This document shows positions 39,301 to 53,337 of a stretch of DNA of 64,000 nt, in pieces. How positions within the stretch are numbered: position 1 is the first letter of the stretch; every line of letters starts with the position of its first letter. The notes beneath the pieces are model-generated. The model worked only from the letters and a program-made list of their open reading frames with translations. It did no database searches and was not told where the DNA came from. Origin of the DNA: Octopus sinensis. Taxonomy: Eukaryota. A program made the translations under genes and the position numbers. The stretch spans positions 1-64,000 of the forward strand of contig NW_021833012.1 in assembly GCF_006345805.1 (NCBI RefSeq), in the 5' to 3' direction.

Positions 39301-42300
39301 CTAGTGGTAACGCTCTCTGAGCATCCACCCCCACTACAGACTTGTTCACCCAGATAGCAGAAGCTATCAACTACATCTAGTTTCTCCCCTTGTCATGTGA
39401 TGGAATCTATTTTCTGAGCATCTGTGGTGTTTATTGCCCCTGTGCATCTGCTGCACATGAAAGCTATCTTCCCGGTTAATCTTCCTTTGATGTTGCTGCA
39501 CTTCTTATGTGTCCATAGCTTACACTGGGTACATCTTATGGAGTTTCTACCTACACCTTTTCTACAGATCGAACAGGACCACCTGCCTGAAATGGTGCGT
39601 GATTTGTTTGCCTTCTTACTTTTTTTAGCATAACATGTTATCATCATCATCATTATTATCATCGTCTAATGTCCATTTTCCATGCTGGCATGGGTTGGGT
39701 GCTTCGACTAGAACTTTGGTCTTTACAACATTGACTATAAGGCGCTTCAATTCTAAACCTTGCTTCTACACCTGAAATTTCTTCTCTAGTTCTGGTAGTG
39801 ATTCTGCTATGAGGGCCAGGTCATCAACATAGAGGAGTTCCCAGGGGCAACCTGTCTTGAATTCCTGTTATTTCCTGGAGGACTATGATGAATAAGAGGG
39901 GGCTGAGGGCTGATACTTGGTGAACCCCTACTTCTACCAGGAATTCTTCACTATACTCATTGCCAACACTAACCTTACTAACGGCCTCTCTGTATAGGGC
40001 TTGTACAGCCCTTATTAACCACTCATCAATCCCCATTTTCTGCATCGCCCACCAGATAAGGGATTGGGGGACCCTGTAAAAGTCCACAAAAGCTAAGTAT
40101 AGGAGTTTATCTTTGGCTAGTTATTTCTCCTGCAGTTGCTGCACCAGGAATATGGCATCAGTGGTGCTTCTACCTGGCACAAAACCGAACTGCATCTCAT
40201 CTAAGCAGACACTCTCCCTAATTAGTTGGGCCATGACCCTCTCCCTGACCTTCATCACCTGATCCAGCAATTTGATACCCCTGTAGTTATTTCTATCTAA
40301 AGCATCACTTTAACCTTTGTAGCAGTTGACTATGGTGCTGCTACACCAGTCATTGAGTATGACTCCATCATGAACTACCTGGTTTACAATGCGGGTGACT
40401 AGGCCATAGCCCACACCACCAGATGTTTTAAGCATCTCAGCAGTGATTCCTGATGGACCAGGGGCTTTTCCTGGCTTCATAACCTTAATTGCTTTATCTA
40501 CAAGGGTGCTGTCTATTCGGATAGCTGGTCCCTCTACTGTGGCAACATTTGGCTGGCTCTCCTCCTCCAGTTCATTTTCCACGTTCAGCAGTCTTTCATA
40601 ATGGCTTCTCCAAACCTCTTTCATTTCGGAATCATTAAAAGCAAGTGCACCATCATCCATGCGGACACATTTCTCTCCTGTGACATCACAATTTTCTCTC
40701 ACACACTGCAATCCGAAATACTTCATTTCTTTGGTCTTTATGTTGCTGGACATTGGCAAACTTCTTTTCTGCTTCGCCCTTGGCTATGTATGCCTGTCTC
40801 CTAGCCTCCTTTCTGGCTATCTGGTATGGTTCCCTGCTACCCCAACCCCTCCAGGCCTGTTTCATTGCTCTGATGGCTCTGTCTACTATATTATTCCACC
40901 ACCACATAACTCTAGGTCTGGAAGGGACTTTGCACCATCTGTGGACTTGGTCTGTGGCACTCAGTAAGCTGTCCCGTAGGAATTTCCAGCTACCTTCTAT
41001 GTCCGAGGACTGTAGCTCCTCCTCCCTCTCATCATATTTCTTGATGAGGATATCCCTAAATCTCAGATCATGTGAAGGGTTCTTTAGCTTCCAAATCCTT
41101 CTTTTCTGGATTGGTCTGCTTCTTGGAATCCTTCTGGCCTCGAGTCTAAAGTCACTAATGACTAGTCTATGCTGGGGGTACATTCCATACCTGAGAGGGT
41201 CTTTGTATTTAAGAGCAACCCTGCGTCCCGCTGTCTGGTGAGGATGAAATCAATCTGGCTAGCAGAGTCACCTGATTGATAGGTTATCAGGTGGCTGCTT
41301 GGCTTCCTGAACTTAGTGTTGCAGACTAAAAGGCTACATGCATCACAAAACTCCAGTAGCCTGGTTCCATCTTCTTTTCAGGAACCAATACCATTATGCC
41401 CATGTACACCAGTGAAGATACCGGATTGCTGTCCAACATGCTCATTAAAATCTCCAGCTGCAAAGATGAGGTCATTGCCACTCATCTTTGAGGCAGCCTG
41501 TAGAAGGGTATCATAAAAATGGTCCTTCAGAGCATTTGGTAGGGCCACTTGCAGGGTCATAGGCAGAGATAATTGTAGCTATACTATTCTGCAAGACTAG
41601 CCTGAGCTTAAGCACTCTATCACATACCCTGACAACCTCTATGACCTTATCCACCCATTTCTCCACAAGGAATATACCTACACCCCCTACTCCATCGATG
41701 TTACCTTCCCAGAAGATTTTTATACCTATGTGCCTTGCCTGTGAGGACACTAGCTGAAGCTTCTCTCCATCTTACCTCTTATGGCAATTTTCTGTCATGT
41801 AAATTGTAGCAGTATGGGCAGCGAAATGTGATGTTGATGGTTCAATGTATGTTGTCGGGTGTCGCCGATGGAGATAGGACGACATCAAAGTAAAACAATG
41901 AGGATTGTAGTTTAAATAATTTATTTGATCCACACTTGCATCTACGTGTTGGATACTCAAAGTTTAATTTACAATATCAATGAAGGCTGCTACATGAAGT
42001 TACCAACAGCTTTGAGGTGGCAAAGTAAAAATAACAACAGGAGAAGTAGAATGTTGATTTGATGAAAGAGTGCATGGCATATTTTGTGTCTGTGTGTGCA
42101 TTGAACATTTGGTTGAGTTGTGTTGTTTTTCTGTCCTATCTTTTTGTGTCCTGCTACTGTGTTGTGTCATTGGCTATCATAATTCGCTCATGCTGACTAT
42201 GTGGCTCTCTGTTGGCTGCTTACCTGTTGCAAGCTGCCTGCTTATCTGTCCTGTATCTAAGGTCACTATTTATAATGGTCATCCTAGCAAGAAGAACAGA

Positions 42301-45300
42301 CATACCATTGGAGTCCTTACTACTTATCTAGGTCACCTGCTGTCCAGTTGAACCTTCAGTGACACAGCTCAGGTTAGAAATCCATCCATCACATTTTGAC
42401 AGGATAAAGAAATTTCTGTCACACCTGTTCGGCCAGTGGTGGATCAGGTCAGCGAGAATCCTTAGATTCAGTTTCGAATCTCAGCTCAGAAAATGAAATG
42501 TTAGTTTTTACATAAATAAAAGTTTATGTTAGTTTAAAAGATTTATCCAAAAAATCTTATTTAACTGTAATTTTTAGAACAACATGTGGGTGAAGGTAAA
42601 TAATATGCACACCCAGTGTTTAGGGCTAGGTTTAGGGTTTAGGGTTAGGATTACATGGAAGACGGATGGTGTGTGTATTCTTTAACTCTGCCCAATTCAT
42701 GTTATGTTACCAATAGTTTTCTTTCATATAAATAAATTTTGACTTAAAAATTTGCCAGTAAAGTCTTATAAAATGTTCCAAAAGATGTAGATGTTTATAT
42801 GATATACATGAAAATAAGAGTGAACAAAATATACTTAAAAAACAACTATATTTTGTAGTCATTATCCGTAATCTACTCCCAAAACACTTCAGTAGCTCTA
42901 TTTTGCATCACTTGCAAACTCATATGTTCTATGATCATTAAAGTGCAACGACCTCCACAATAACCAGCCTTCAATTTGATTTTCTGTTCCTAGATTAATC
43001 GGAAACATAGATTGCTGTGCTACTCATAAACCTTCTCGGTAGTTCAAGTAACTGGGGAAAAAATAACACCAAAGCAACTTAAACTGTCCAAAGGATGGGT
43101 GCGTTTCCTAGTTTAAAAATAATTAATAGCCATAAGGCGTATTAAAGATAATTAATTGTCAGAAGGTTTATTAAAGGTAATTAATAAACAGAAGGTTTCA
43201 TCATCATCATCGTCGTTTAACATCCGGTTTCCACGCTGTCATGGGTTGGACAGTTTGACTGAGGTTTGGGAAGCCAGAAGGCTGCACCAGGCTCCAATCT
43301 AATCTGGCAAAATTTCTACAGCTGGATGCCCTTCCTAACGCCAACCACTCCGAGAGTGTAGTGGGTGCTTTTTACATGCCACCAGCACAGGAGCCAGTCA
43401 GGTGGTACTGGCATCAACCACGCTTGAATGCTACCAGCACGAGTGCCAGTCAGGTGGCAGTGGCAATGATCACGCTCAAATGATGCCTGTTATACACCAC
43501 TGGCACAGGTGCCAATCAGGTGGTCCTGTTATCAGCCATGACAAGGATTTCACTTGCCTCAACAGGTGTTCGTAAGTGCAGTTTATTGCAGTTTATTAAG
43601 TTACTCTTAAATGGGCTGGTAATACTGCACTGGCATAGATCATGTTTATGGTCTCACTTGCATTGCCGGGTCTTCTTAAGCACAGCATATCTCCAAATGT
43701 CTCAGTCACATTTGAAAGTCGTGCTTCACCACTTCATCCCAGGTCTTCCTGGGTCTACTTCTTTCACAGGTTCCCTCTCTTGCTAGGGTGTGACTCTTTT
43801 TCACATAGCTGTCCACATCCAAACGCAACATATGACCATACCAGCGCAGTCGTCTCTCTTGCACACCACATCTGATGCTTCTTAAATCCAACTTTTCTCT
43901 CAAGGCAGTAACACTCTGTTGAGTATGCACACTGACATTACACATCCAGTGGATCATACCAGCTTCATTCTTTGCAAGCTTGTGCATGTCCTCAGTAGTC
44001 ACAAAGATAATTAATAGCCAGAAGATTTTATCATTATCATTATCATCATCATCATCATCATCGTTTAACGTCCACTTTCCATGCTAGCATGGGTTGGACG
44101 GTTCGATTGAGGTCTGGGAAGCCGAGGAGGCTGCACCAGGCCCAACCACAAGGCTTATTAAAGGTAATTAATAGCCAGGAGGTTTATTAAAAATAATTAA
44201 TAACCACAAGGCTTATTAAAGGTAATTAATAGCCAGAAAGTTTATCAAAAATAATTAATACCCAGCAAATTTATTAAAAGTAAATAATAGTCAGCAAGTT
44301 TACTAAAAATAATTAATAGCCAGGTCTATTAAGAATAATTACTAACCAGCAGGTTTATTAAAAATAGTTAACAGCCACAAGGTTTATTAAAAATAATTAA
44401 TAGCCAGAAGGCTTAGTAAAGATAATTAATAGCCAGAAGGCTTATTAAAGATAATTAATAGCCAGAAGGTTTATCAAAGATAATTAATTGCCAGAAGGCT
44501 TATAAAAAATAATTAATAGCCAGAAGACTTATTAAAGATAATTAATAGCCAGAAGGTTTATTAAAAATATTTAATAACAAGGAGGCTTAATAAAGATAAT
44601 TAATAGCCAGCAAATTTATTAAGAAAAAATCTACTACATATGTGGAAATCTGTGGGTGTGTTTGTTTGTGGAGTTGTTATCTAACTCCTCCTACATCGTT
44701 TTATCGATTTTGATGAAACTTGACACATGAGTAGAATTTATGTCTAGAAAACTAGTGACATACTTAGATTGTTGGAAAAATCGATAATAGGGCCCTTGGA
44801 AGGGATTCTTATAAGTACTACATATAACTAATATATTATTTTTAAACATCCAAGGGAAATAACCCATTCGCTCCTGAAAGGGATCCTTATATATAAATAT
44901 AGCCAAGGGAAATAACCCATTCATGTTCATAAGTTATTTGGTATAAATCAAATTGAGTATGCTTATTTCTTAGTATTTGAACTATTTGAGTTATTTTCAC
45001 AATTTATCCAGTACAATGCTTAAACAAGTAAATAGTATTTACCTAAACAATAGATCCACCTATTTCGGTTAGTGACTTATTCATGAATTTAACAACACTA
45101 GCGCCACTGAGGGTAATATTCTCTGTGAATGCACAAAAGCTTTTTTCAGAGTTATTCACTTTGAAGTGTTATTATCTCATATCTGATTAGCCTGTTATTA
45201 CATAACATGCTTCACAATTTTAGTATACATAACTTATTAGTATTTCCTAATAAGTTCTATAAACTCTGGGAACATATTAACCCCTTACCCAACAATTATT

Positions 45301-48300
45301 TTGAAAATGAATGTATTTTTTCAGACATATTTTTTAATTGTTTTATTTTACTATGTTTTGAATGGTGATTTCGAGGTATATTTCAAACCTTATTTATTAT
45401 GAATTTTAATTCAATAATATTGATTTTAAATTACCGCTTTGGGCAGAAACGAGTTAACCTGTTTTTTTCATAAATCATATTACTTTTACAAAAAATCATG
45501 TTATTTTATTTGGTTATCTTATTTTCCAAATTTAGAATGAATGATCAAAACATGATTGTTTACTTCTGTTGATTTTATTACTTCAAAACTTAGTAATGAC
45601 AAAAAAGAGAGACAAAATAATGAATTATCATCATCAGAGCTCGACATGGTGGGGTTATAATATAAAGGTATAAAAAAAAACAACGTAAAAACAAAGTGAA
45701 TACTTCTATTCATAAAATGTGCCTTCCAACCCTTCAACTGTCTCCAGGTGACTAAATCATACTCGGTCTTCAATGCCTTACTCAAGCGAAAGGTGGCAGA
45801 AATCGTCACTGCCAGAGGTATAAAGTGAGTGAATATACTCGTATTTGTCAAAAAAGAGTTTATAATAGACAAAGGAACTCGTTTGCTGTCGATTTTGGCG
45901 AGTCTATCTTTTGACGAGTTAACTTGCCAGAGATAGAAAAAAACGATTTCGGTCAAAACGCATATATTCGTTTCTGCCGGGTAAGGGGTTAAAGCCCTTT
46001 TCGGAGCTACTTTATTTGAATTCTTACTATTGGGTAATTAATTTCATGTTATTATATAACTGACTTCACAATTTGGGTATTCATAACTTATTAGGAATTC
46101 TTAAAAACAAGATCCTGTGTAAATACACAAAAACCGTTTTAAGGGCCACATACTTTGTATTGTTGTTACTGGATTAGTGAAACAATTATGAGAATGAAAC
46201 CAAGGAATAAGCCCTGCTTTCCTGGGAATTACTGGGTACATCAGATAGTAATTAATTGCCAGAAGGTCTATTAAAAATAATAACGATAGAAGCAGTATTA
46301 ATACCAAAATATAATATTTATGCCTTTCCACTGTAACAAAAAAATGAAGGAAATTTCTGTCCACTGTAGAATTGTTTGAGAACCTTTTTCTCTTTGAATC
46401 TTTTCTCTTTTCTTTGTTATGAAGGACCACGGTCTGAATTGTCAGGTTTCCTCTCATTCTTCCTTACAATGTAAAAATAATTACCTTGTACTCCTGTTTG
46501 TTCCTGAAATAGCTTTGGACAAACAGGATGTAACAAAAACGCCTCAAATTCAACATTCTTGATAGACATTTTGACTGCAAACACAAGGTTCAACGGTTCT
46601 AACCATGATGGTAACTGGATAGAAAAAAAAACAGTAGAACTTCAGCTACATGAAGACACCATTACCACATGTTTAACTTCACTAACACCATGTTGGTGGC
46701 CATGTAAAGCATGGGAGGTTTTTCTGCTCTATTCACTGTATTACCATATTGACACAGGTCTCATGTCTCCCAAAAGGCAGGAAGGCCATGGATAGAATAT
46801 CTTTGATCTGAGTGACAAAGTAATTTTCCTCATTTCCTTATTACAGAGTAGAAATAAATCATTAAATATTTCAAATATTTTGTTTTTATTAAATTAAATC
46901 TCTTCTCTTTGCAAAAATGGGAAAATAAAAATATAAATTGATTCTTTTTTGTTTTAACAGGAATTTGATGAATATCTCCGAAACAGAGGTAAAACATTTG
47001 TTTGTTAATATTGAATATTACGGTGTCTTGTCATGTCATTCTATGTTAAACATTACTGATAATTACTATTTTGGTTTTATTTCTGCAAGGAATTATGTTG
47101 ATAGCAAGTTACTACCTGCAGCCTCAGGTAGCCACAAGTTTTTAGCAGTCTTTCAAGTGCTTACAACCCTCCTGATAATCCTTGCTGTACCTAAAAGACA
47201 AACTTTCTGTAGAAGCTCTTCCGGGTATTCTATTTCAATATCCTTCAGCCATTTGTCTATATTTTGGCTTCCTGTTCCCAACACACCAATTATTATAGGC
47301 ACCACCTTTACTGTTTGCATGCTCCAAATTCTTCCTATTTCAAATTTTAAGGGATTGTATTTACTTTGTTTTTCTTCTTCTTTACGATCCTGGAATCAAA
47401 CAGACATGATGGGTCGATAAGTAAGCAGCTTCTCTTTTCCTTATCTATGACTGTAATATCTAGTCTATTGTTTTCTAACTTTTTCTCCATTTGAATAGGA
47501 AAGTCCCATAAAATCTTACATTTCTCCAACTCCAATTCTCTTTTGACTCAATGATTGTGCTTTGTGTTTCCAGCTTCAAATCCCCATTTCTGGCACAGTT
47601 TCCAGTGTAAAACTTTTACAACCTGGTCGTGCCTCCGTTTCTTATATTCTTCCTGTGCCAACTTGGGGCATTCTTCCACGATGTGTGCCATTGACTCATT
47701 CTAAGTTCCACAGGCTCTACATTTTTCTGACACATTCTCTCCATATATATTTTTACTCAAGTTGTTTGTTTTTATCGCTTGATCTTGGACTGTTACAATT
47801 AGGCTCTCTGTTTCTTTTTTTAATTGGCCCCTTTTTAACCAAGCCCAGGATTTTGTTCCACAATATGTCTTTAGTGACTCTCCAGAATTGGCCATGCAGA
47901 CGTTCCTCTTCAATCTGTCTGACATGATATCTTTGCATTTCATCCTTGTCCTTCTATCCTATTACATGCTTGATCCTCTTTTTTTTTATTCATTTCACAG
48001 AAAGTTCTTTCAGAAATAAGACTAAACTTTGTTTCTTGCACAGAAGATTGCTTGCTTCCAGTTTTGCACTCCCAAGCAACAGCATTCTGGGAACTACAGT
48101 ACCATTTGGATTAGGATTTGCTAATAGGTTCAGATATCTATAATACAAGACATTAAGAGGGTTAAAGTATGTAAACTGAATAAAAATATTAGATTTAGAA
48201 TTGAACCAAGCCTCATAAAATCTAACCAAAAAATATAAACTTGATATTGATTCTAATTGGTTGTAATTCTTATTAAAAGACTATCTTGAACATTATAATT

Positions 48301-51300
48301 TCTAATTGAAGAGAAGAGCTTTGGACTTTGTGATGAAGAAATTATTCTAAAATACCATCTTGCAATAAACTAAAATAACGTCTTTTGAGAGGGGAGTTAA
48401 CTCTTCAATGTCTTATGAGAGGGGAGTTAACTCATCAATGTAGTCTTCCATGACCATCTCATGTGTGATGATACAACATAAGTTACATCCAATTATTACT
48501 TTAGGAAAAAGAACCATAAATGTAATCTGATTGTAAATATTAAATTAATTAATAGTTATTATCATACTTAATGAGCTGATTCATTACCTCATTAATTGAA
48601 AGTTTATAGCTAGGCTCCTACTGAGTTTTGAACCATCACACTCAGGTTCTTCAGCATGGAACCATATTGTCAGCAAAGGAAAACCAGTTATGGAAAATAA
48701 ATCATGCCACTATGAAAGGCGCTAACACCTCTGTGAACATGGCTTGGCCAATCAGATCAGCTGATGTACAACCAAGGGCAATGGAATTTTCCCACCAAAT
48801 AGTCTGGTCAAACGTTTTTTGGAAAACCCTGCTGGGCATTATAAAAATTCTTATTTTGCATTTCTAGACAGAATGAGCTCTGATACTTCACAGATGTTCT
48901 CACTTTTCTTTTTCTGCTTAGAACAACCTACGGTGCTTCTCAAAGCTGTGTCAGTCAGTTTTGTGAGAAGACATTTTCATTGTTTCTATTAATTTTTTTC
49001 TCAGTAATTATGAACTGTCTTTGTATTACTATTCAGCATATTATACAGTGAAAACTTGTACTTATTTCCATTCAGTATCACTTGACTATTACTTTAGCAA
49101 GCAGAAGAATATGTGGAAATATGTGGGTATGACAAAAGGTCCTTTCAGAACCATATTTAACAATCCTAAAAATTTCCATTAATGTCCAGGAGAGACATAA
49201 TGCCACAACCCTGGCTAGACACATATGGTTATTGAAGAAAAATGCCATGGATTATAACATCAAGTAGAGAGTGATAGGGAGGTGCAACCGTTACTTCAAT
49301 AGTAGCAGACGGGGAAGGTTAAACCTTGCTTAGAAAAGAACAATATTCAAGAACTCTCTTCATTCAGACACTTAACTAAAGCCTAAACTGCAAGGGTGAG
49401 TTTTACTTCCCTGGGCATGGATACATTGTAACTCCAACGTCTGGCAGCTGACCTGGCAGACACCCATAAAATTATTAACCATATTACAAACAATAACTCT
49501 GAGCACCTTTTCAAACTTCATCTGTCTAACACCCGTGGACATGTTTACAAAGTCAGAAAACAGCACAATTCCCATGACTTTCGGAAACATTTTTTCACGC
49601 TAAGAGTTGCTGAAGCATGGAACAAACTGCCGGTATCAGTTGTTAGTTGTCGGAGCACTGTATCCTTCAAAACTTCCATGCTTCCTGAGATTCGCCAATA
49701 CTACACCTGATTTTCTCCCCTCCATACACACGCAAGCATGTATCTGATTCATACACTGTTCGCTTCCCAGACATTTGTACATTACTGCATATACTTTATA
49801 TGCACTTTTGACAAGTTGTGGTGCACCTGAGCACTGTATACAATAATTTCATTATTATTATTATTATATGCCTGCATGAAAAATAGTATGTGATCAGTTA
49901 TCTACAAACTCTACCATAACATTACGATTTCCACCAGCAGTCTTTCCAACACCACAACCTAAGAGTCCAATACTGACTACACCGAACCATATGCACATAA
50001 ACACATAGATATGCATCCGCATGAGTTTAAAGGTTTGGGTGCCTTCCCATGTCCTCTTTCAAAGTCCCTGCTTCCTGCACCAACTCCATACTGCCCACAC
50101 TCAAACTCCACTTTACTGGCAGTTATTTCTCACTCAGGGATTTGGGGCCAGGGACATAACCTTTGATGGAGTCCCTTCACTAGCTGTCTCCTACAGCAAC
50201 CACAACCAGATGTGTTACTTAAGATATTGTAAACTTTATGATTAACGTAACTTCTCTGTTGACAAATGTACAAGTGCCTGGTATTTCTCTTATGGAGTCT
50301 TAGACAATTTATATGCCTTGCTCATCATTTAATGTCCATCTTCCATTTTGGCTTGGGTTAAGCAGTTTGACAGGATCTGGTGAGATGCATTAGGCATGAT
50401 TTCCATGGCTGGCTGCCCTTCTTAATACCAAGCACTTCACAGTGTGGACCGGAAGCTGCTTTTTCCATGACCCCAGTGCTAGTAAGGTCACCAAGTAACT
50501 TGTAATAGAAAGTGAAAAATGGAAAGAGCCCTGTAAAAGTGGGTGGGAGTGAATTTGGGAGACGGGTAGGTGGCTTTATATCCGGGGTAGGAGAGGTTTG
50601 ATAGAGGGTCAAGTAGGGGTGTCTTGATATGGGGGAAATTCACGACTTGCTTATATTTTTTACAAAAGTGAATGAAAGTAGCTGGAAGGGAGAAAGATGG
50701 TGGTCATAGGGTGCAAGTGCATACTCTCAGTTTGCAAGGATGTGTGTATGGGGAGAGAATATAGAATGTGGATGAGGAAGGTAAGAAAGAGAGGGTAATT
50801 TCATAAGAATATGGGATGAGAGGCGTGGCAGATGGTTAGTGATGGGGCTAGAGGTGGATGTAGTGAGTGAGGAACAATGGTTTGGGGTGGAGTTGATGGC
50901 AAATATCTGTATGGAGTGGGGCAAGTGAGAGTTAGATGAGGTTTGGGTAGGAGGGAGTGACAAGTAGCAACGTAGGAGTAGCAGAGGAGAGCAGCAGAAT
51001 CATAAATTCATAGACAAGGAAGTGCAGAGATGATGCACAGGATGTGACAGTGGAAGGGATGGGTTGATGATGATGATCAACTGGGACAGAGATGGGAGTT
51101 AGAGATACATGAGGATGGCTATAGTGAGTGGGGAGACAAAATTGGAGGGAGTATTGATAACGGATGTGAGAGGGCGTTGGGAATAAATGCATATAGGAGA
51201 AGTGTTAAACATCAAGAATGGCAAACTAAGATGTAGCTAAGAGTGGGAAGGGAAAGATTAGGGAAGGGGCAAAAAGGGATGATCGATGGAAGGTTGTACG

Positions 51301-53296
51301 AACGGAGATGATGATGATGATGAAAGAGAGGCAACTGGTATTAATGAAAAGGGGTGAGAAGTGTTGTGCAGATTCTGCTCTCAAATGCTTACAGCAACAA
51401 AGTAGGGCCATAGTTAGAAGTGTAATGGAGGGATGGGTGTTAGGAAAATGAGATGTGGTGAAGGGTATGGTTGACATGGGCAAATGTCAGTGTAGGGCCC
51501 AACATGGACAGGAATAAGCACAATGCATTTAGGACCTCACTTTTGCTATGATGGATGTGTCTTTATATGTCATTTTGTTCAACTTGCATCAGTAGGTGTG
51601 TGGCCAGGTGGAAAACTGCACCAGACTTCTGTACATGCCAAAACAGACATAGAGGTCTGGTGCCATCTTCTACCTGGCAAGTTCATGTCAAATGATCCAA
51701 CCCATGCCAGCATGGAAGGTAGATGTTGAACGATGACGATGGTCATAATGATGACACACTGATATTTGTTTATTTCCAGAAACTAAATTATCAAGCCCAT
51801 CCTTTCCTGGTCCACAACTGAAAACAGTCCCTATCATACCCAGACCTTATATGACATCCGGAGAAAATGCTGGCATTAAAATAAACTTAATGATTGGTTC
51901 AATTTCTAATGCATCTGTGAGTAAATAGATTCACGTAACATATTTATATTTAATTGTTATTTCATTTCCAAATGAGGAATCATTACAGTTAATTAAAACA
52001 TTTTCTCAATCTAACTCAAACATTTCATTTCCTTCACATCTGATATCTTGAGTATATCTTTTGCTAACTTTAACAACCTCAAACTTGCTACAGCCATTCT
52101 GTAGAGCCTTACTTAACAACAATATCAACTGCAACATTATATCTCTCTTCTCTCCATGGAATGTTCCTTAGTTGTTTACCATTAATTACTTTTGTAGGTT
52201 GATGTCATCGTTAACAGCACCAATAAACACCTCCAGCTTAATGATGGTTCTATCTCCAAATTTATTCTCAATGCTGCTGGTCCACAGATACAAGCTGAAT
52301 GTAACCGGAAATATCCTCAAGGTATTTCTACATTTGAAATAGCCATCACTGAAGGATATAACCTCAACTGTGAGAATGTAATTCATCTGGCATTACCTCC
52401 CTGGGATGAAAATTCATCTGATTCAGTAAGTATCAATCATATTATATTGATTTATTGAAAGAGTTGTTGTACAACCCTAGGTTATCATTGATCCAGCATC
52501 CCTGTGGCATGAACGGAATTGTCCATAAAACTATGCACAATCCACAGATGTGTTTTTCCAGTCATACAACACCTCCGTCTGCTTCAGGACAGTAGCATGT
52601 ACTTTGATGTCCAGTGATGTACAGTTTGGGCTACAGTGTGACAGTCTGGTGTTGTGGTGTTCTGTACAGTTTCCAAAGCATGGATTCTGGTTGTTTGAAA
52701 TTGATGTAGACTCTATTGTAGATATTCCCTGAACATTTCGACTCAACCATAGTCTCTTGTGTGCAGTGTAGAGTCTTTTGTGCCTGTGGCGCCCTGCCTT
52801 GTGGGCGGTTTTGTTGCTTCTTACAGTATGTTCTCACCCAGGATTCCCTCTTGTAAATAATAATTAATCTCTCCGCTTCCCTATTATTGTTTTTGTTAAT
52901 TACAACCACCAAATCTTGGAACATTTCTCTTTCCATTCACGGCATCCATATCATCACTCAGACCTGACTTCCTGCTATCACATGATCTGTGCTGATCCTT
53001 CTGTTAAATGATGTGTTAATCCAATGACCACATGATCTGTTAATCCAATAATCACTAGAAGTTGTTTAATGTTATTTGAATCTGTAAAACATTTCTGTTT
53101 GAAACAACAAATTCCATGTGCAATGTGTTGATCAAAGAATATATTCATCATTTTACATTTGATGGATATTTGTCCTCATCTTGTTTGTTGTTAACACAAC
53201 GTTTCGGCTGATATACCTTCCAGCCTTCATCAGGTGTCTTGGGGAAATTTTGAACCTGCGTTCTTATTCCTAAGGTATTTTTCGATGTTAATATTA

Positions 53297-53337
<41 letters not shown>

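Larger units (their letters stand above)
38390..44620. repeat. ~29-bp AT-rich minisatellite (ataattaatagccagaaggtttattaaag) in blocks at 38390-38660, 43125-43200, 44005-44030, 44150-44620
   Basis: Direct inspection; blocks are separated by inserted retroelements. Confidence 0.85.

Noticed and set aside
42619-42650. Telomeric (TTAGGG)n
   Set aside because: Only about four imperfect units, probably inside an interspersed repeat.
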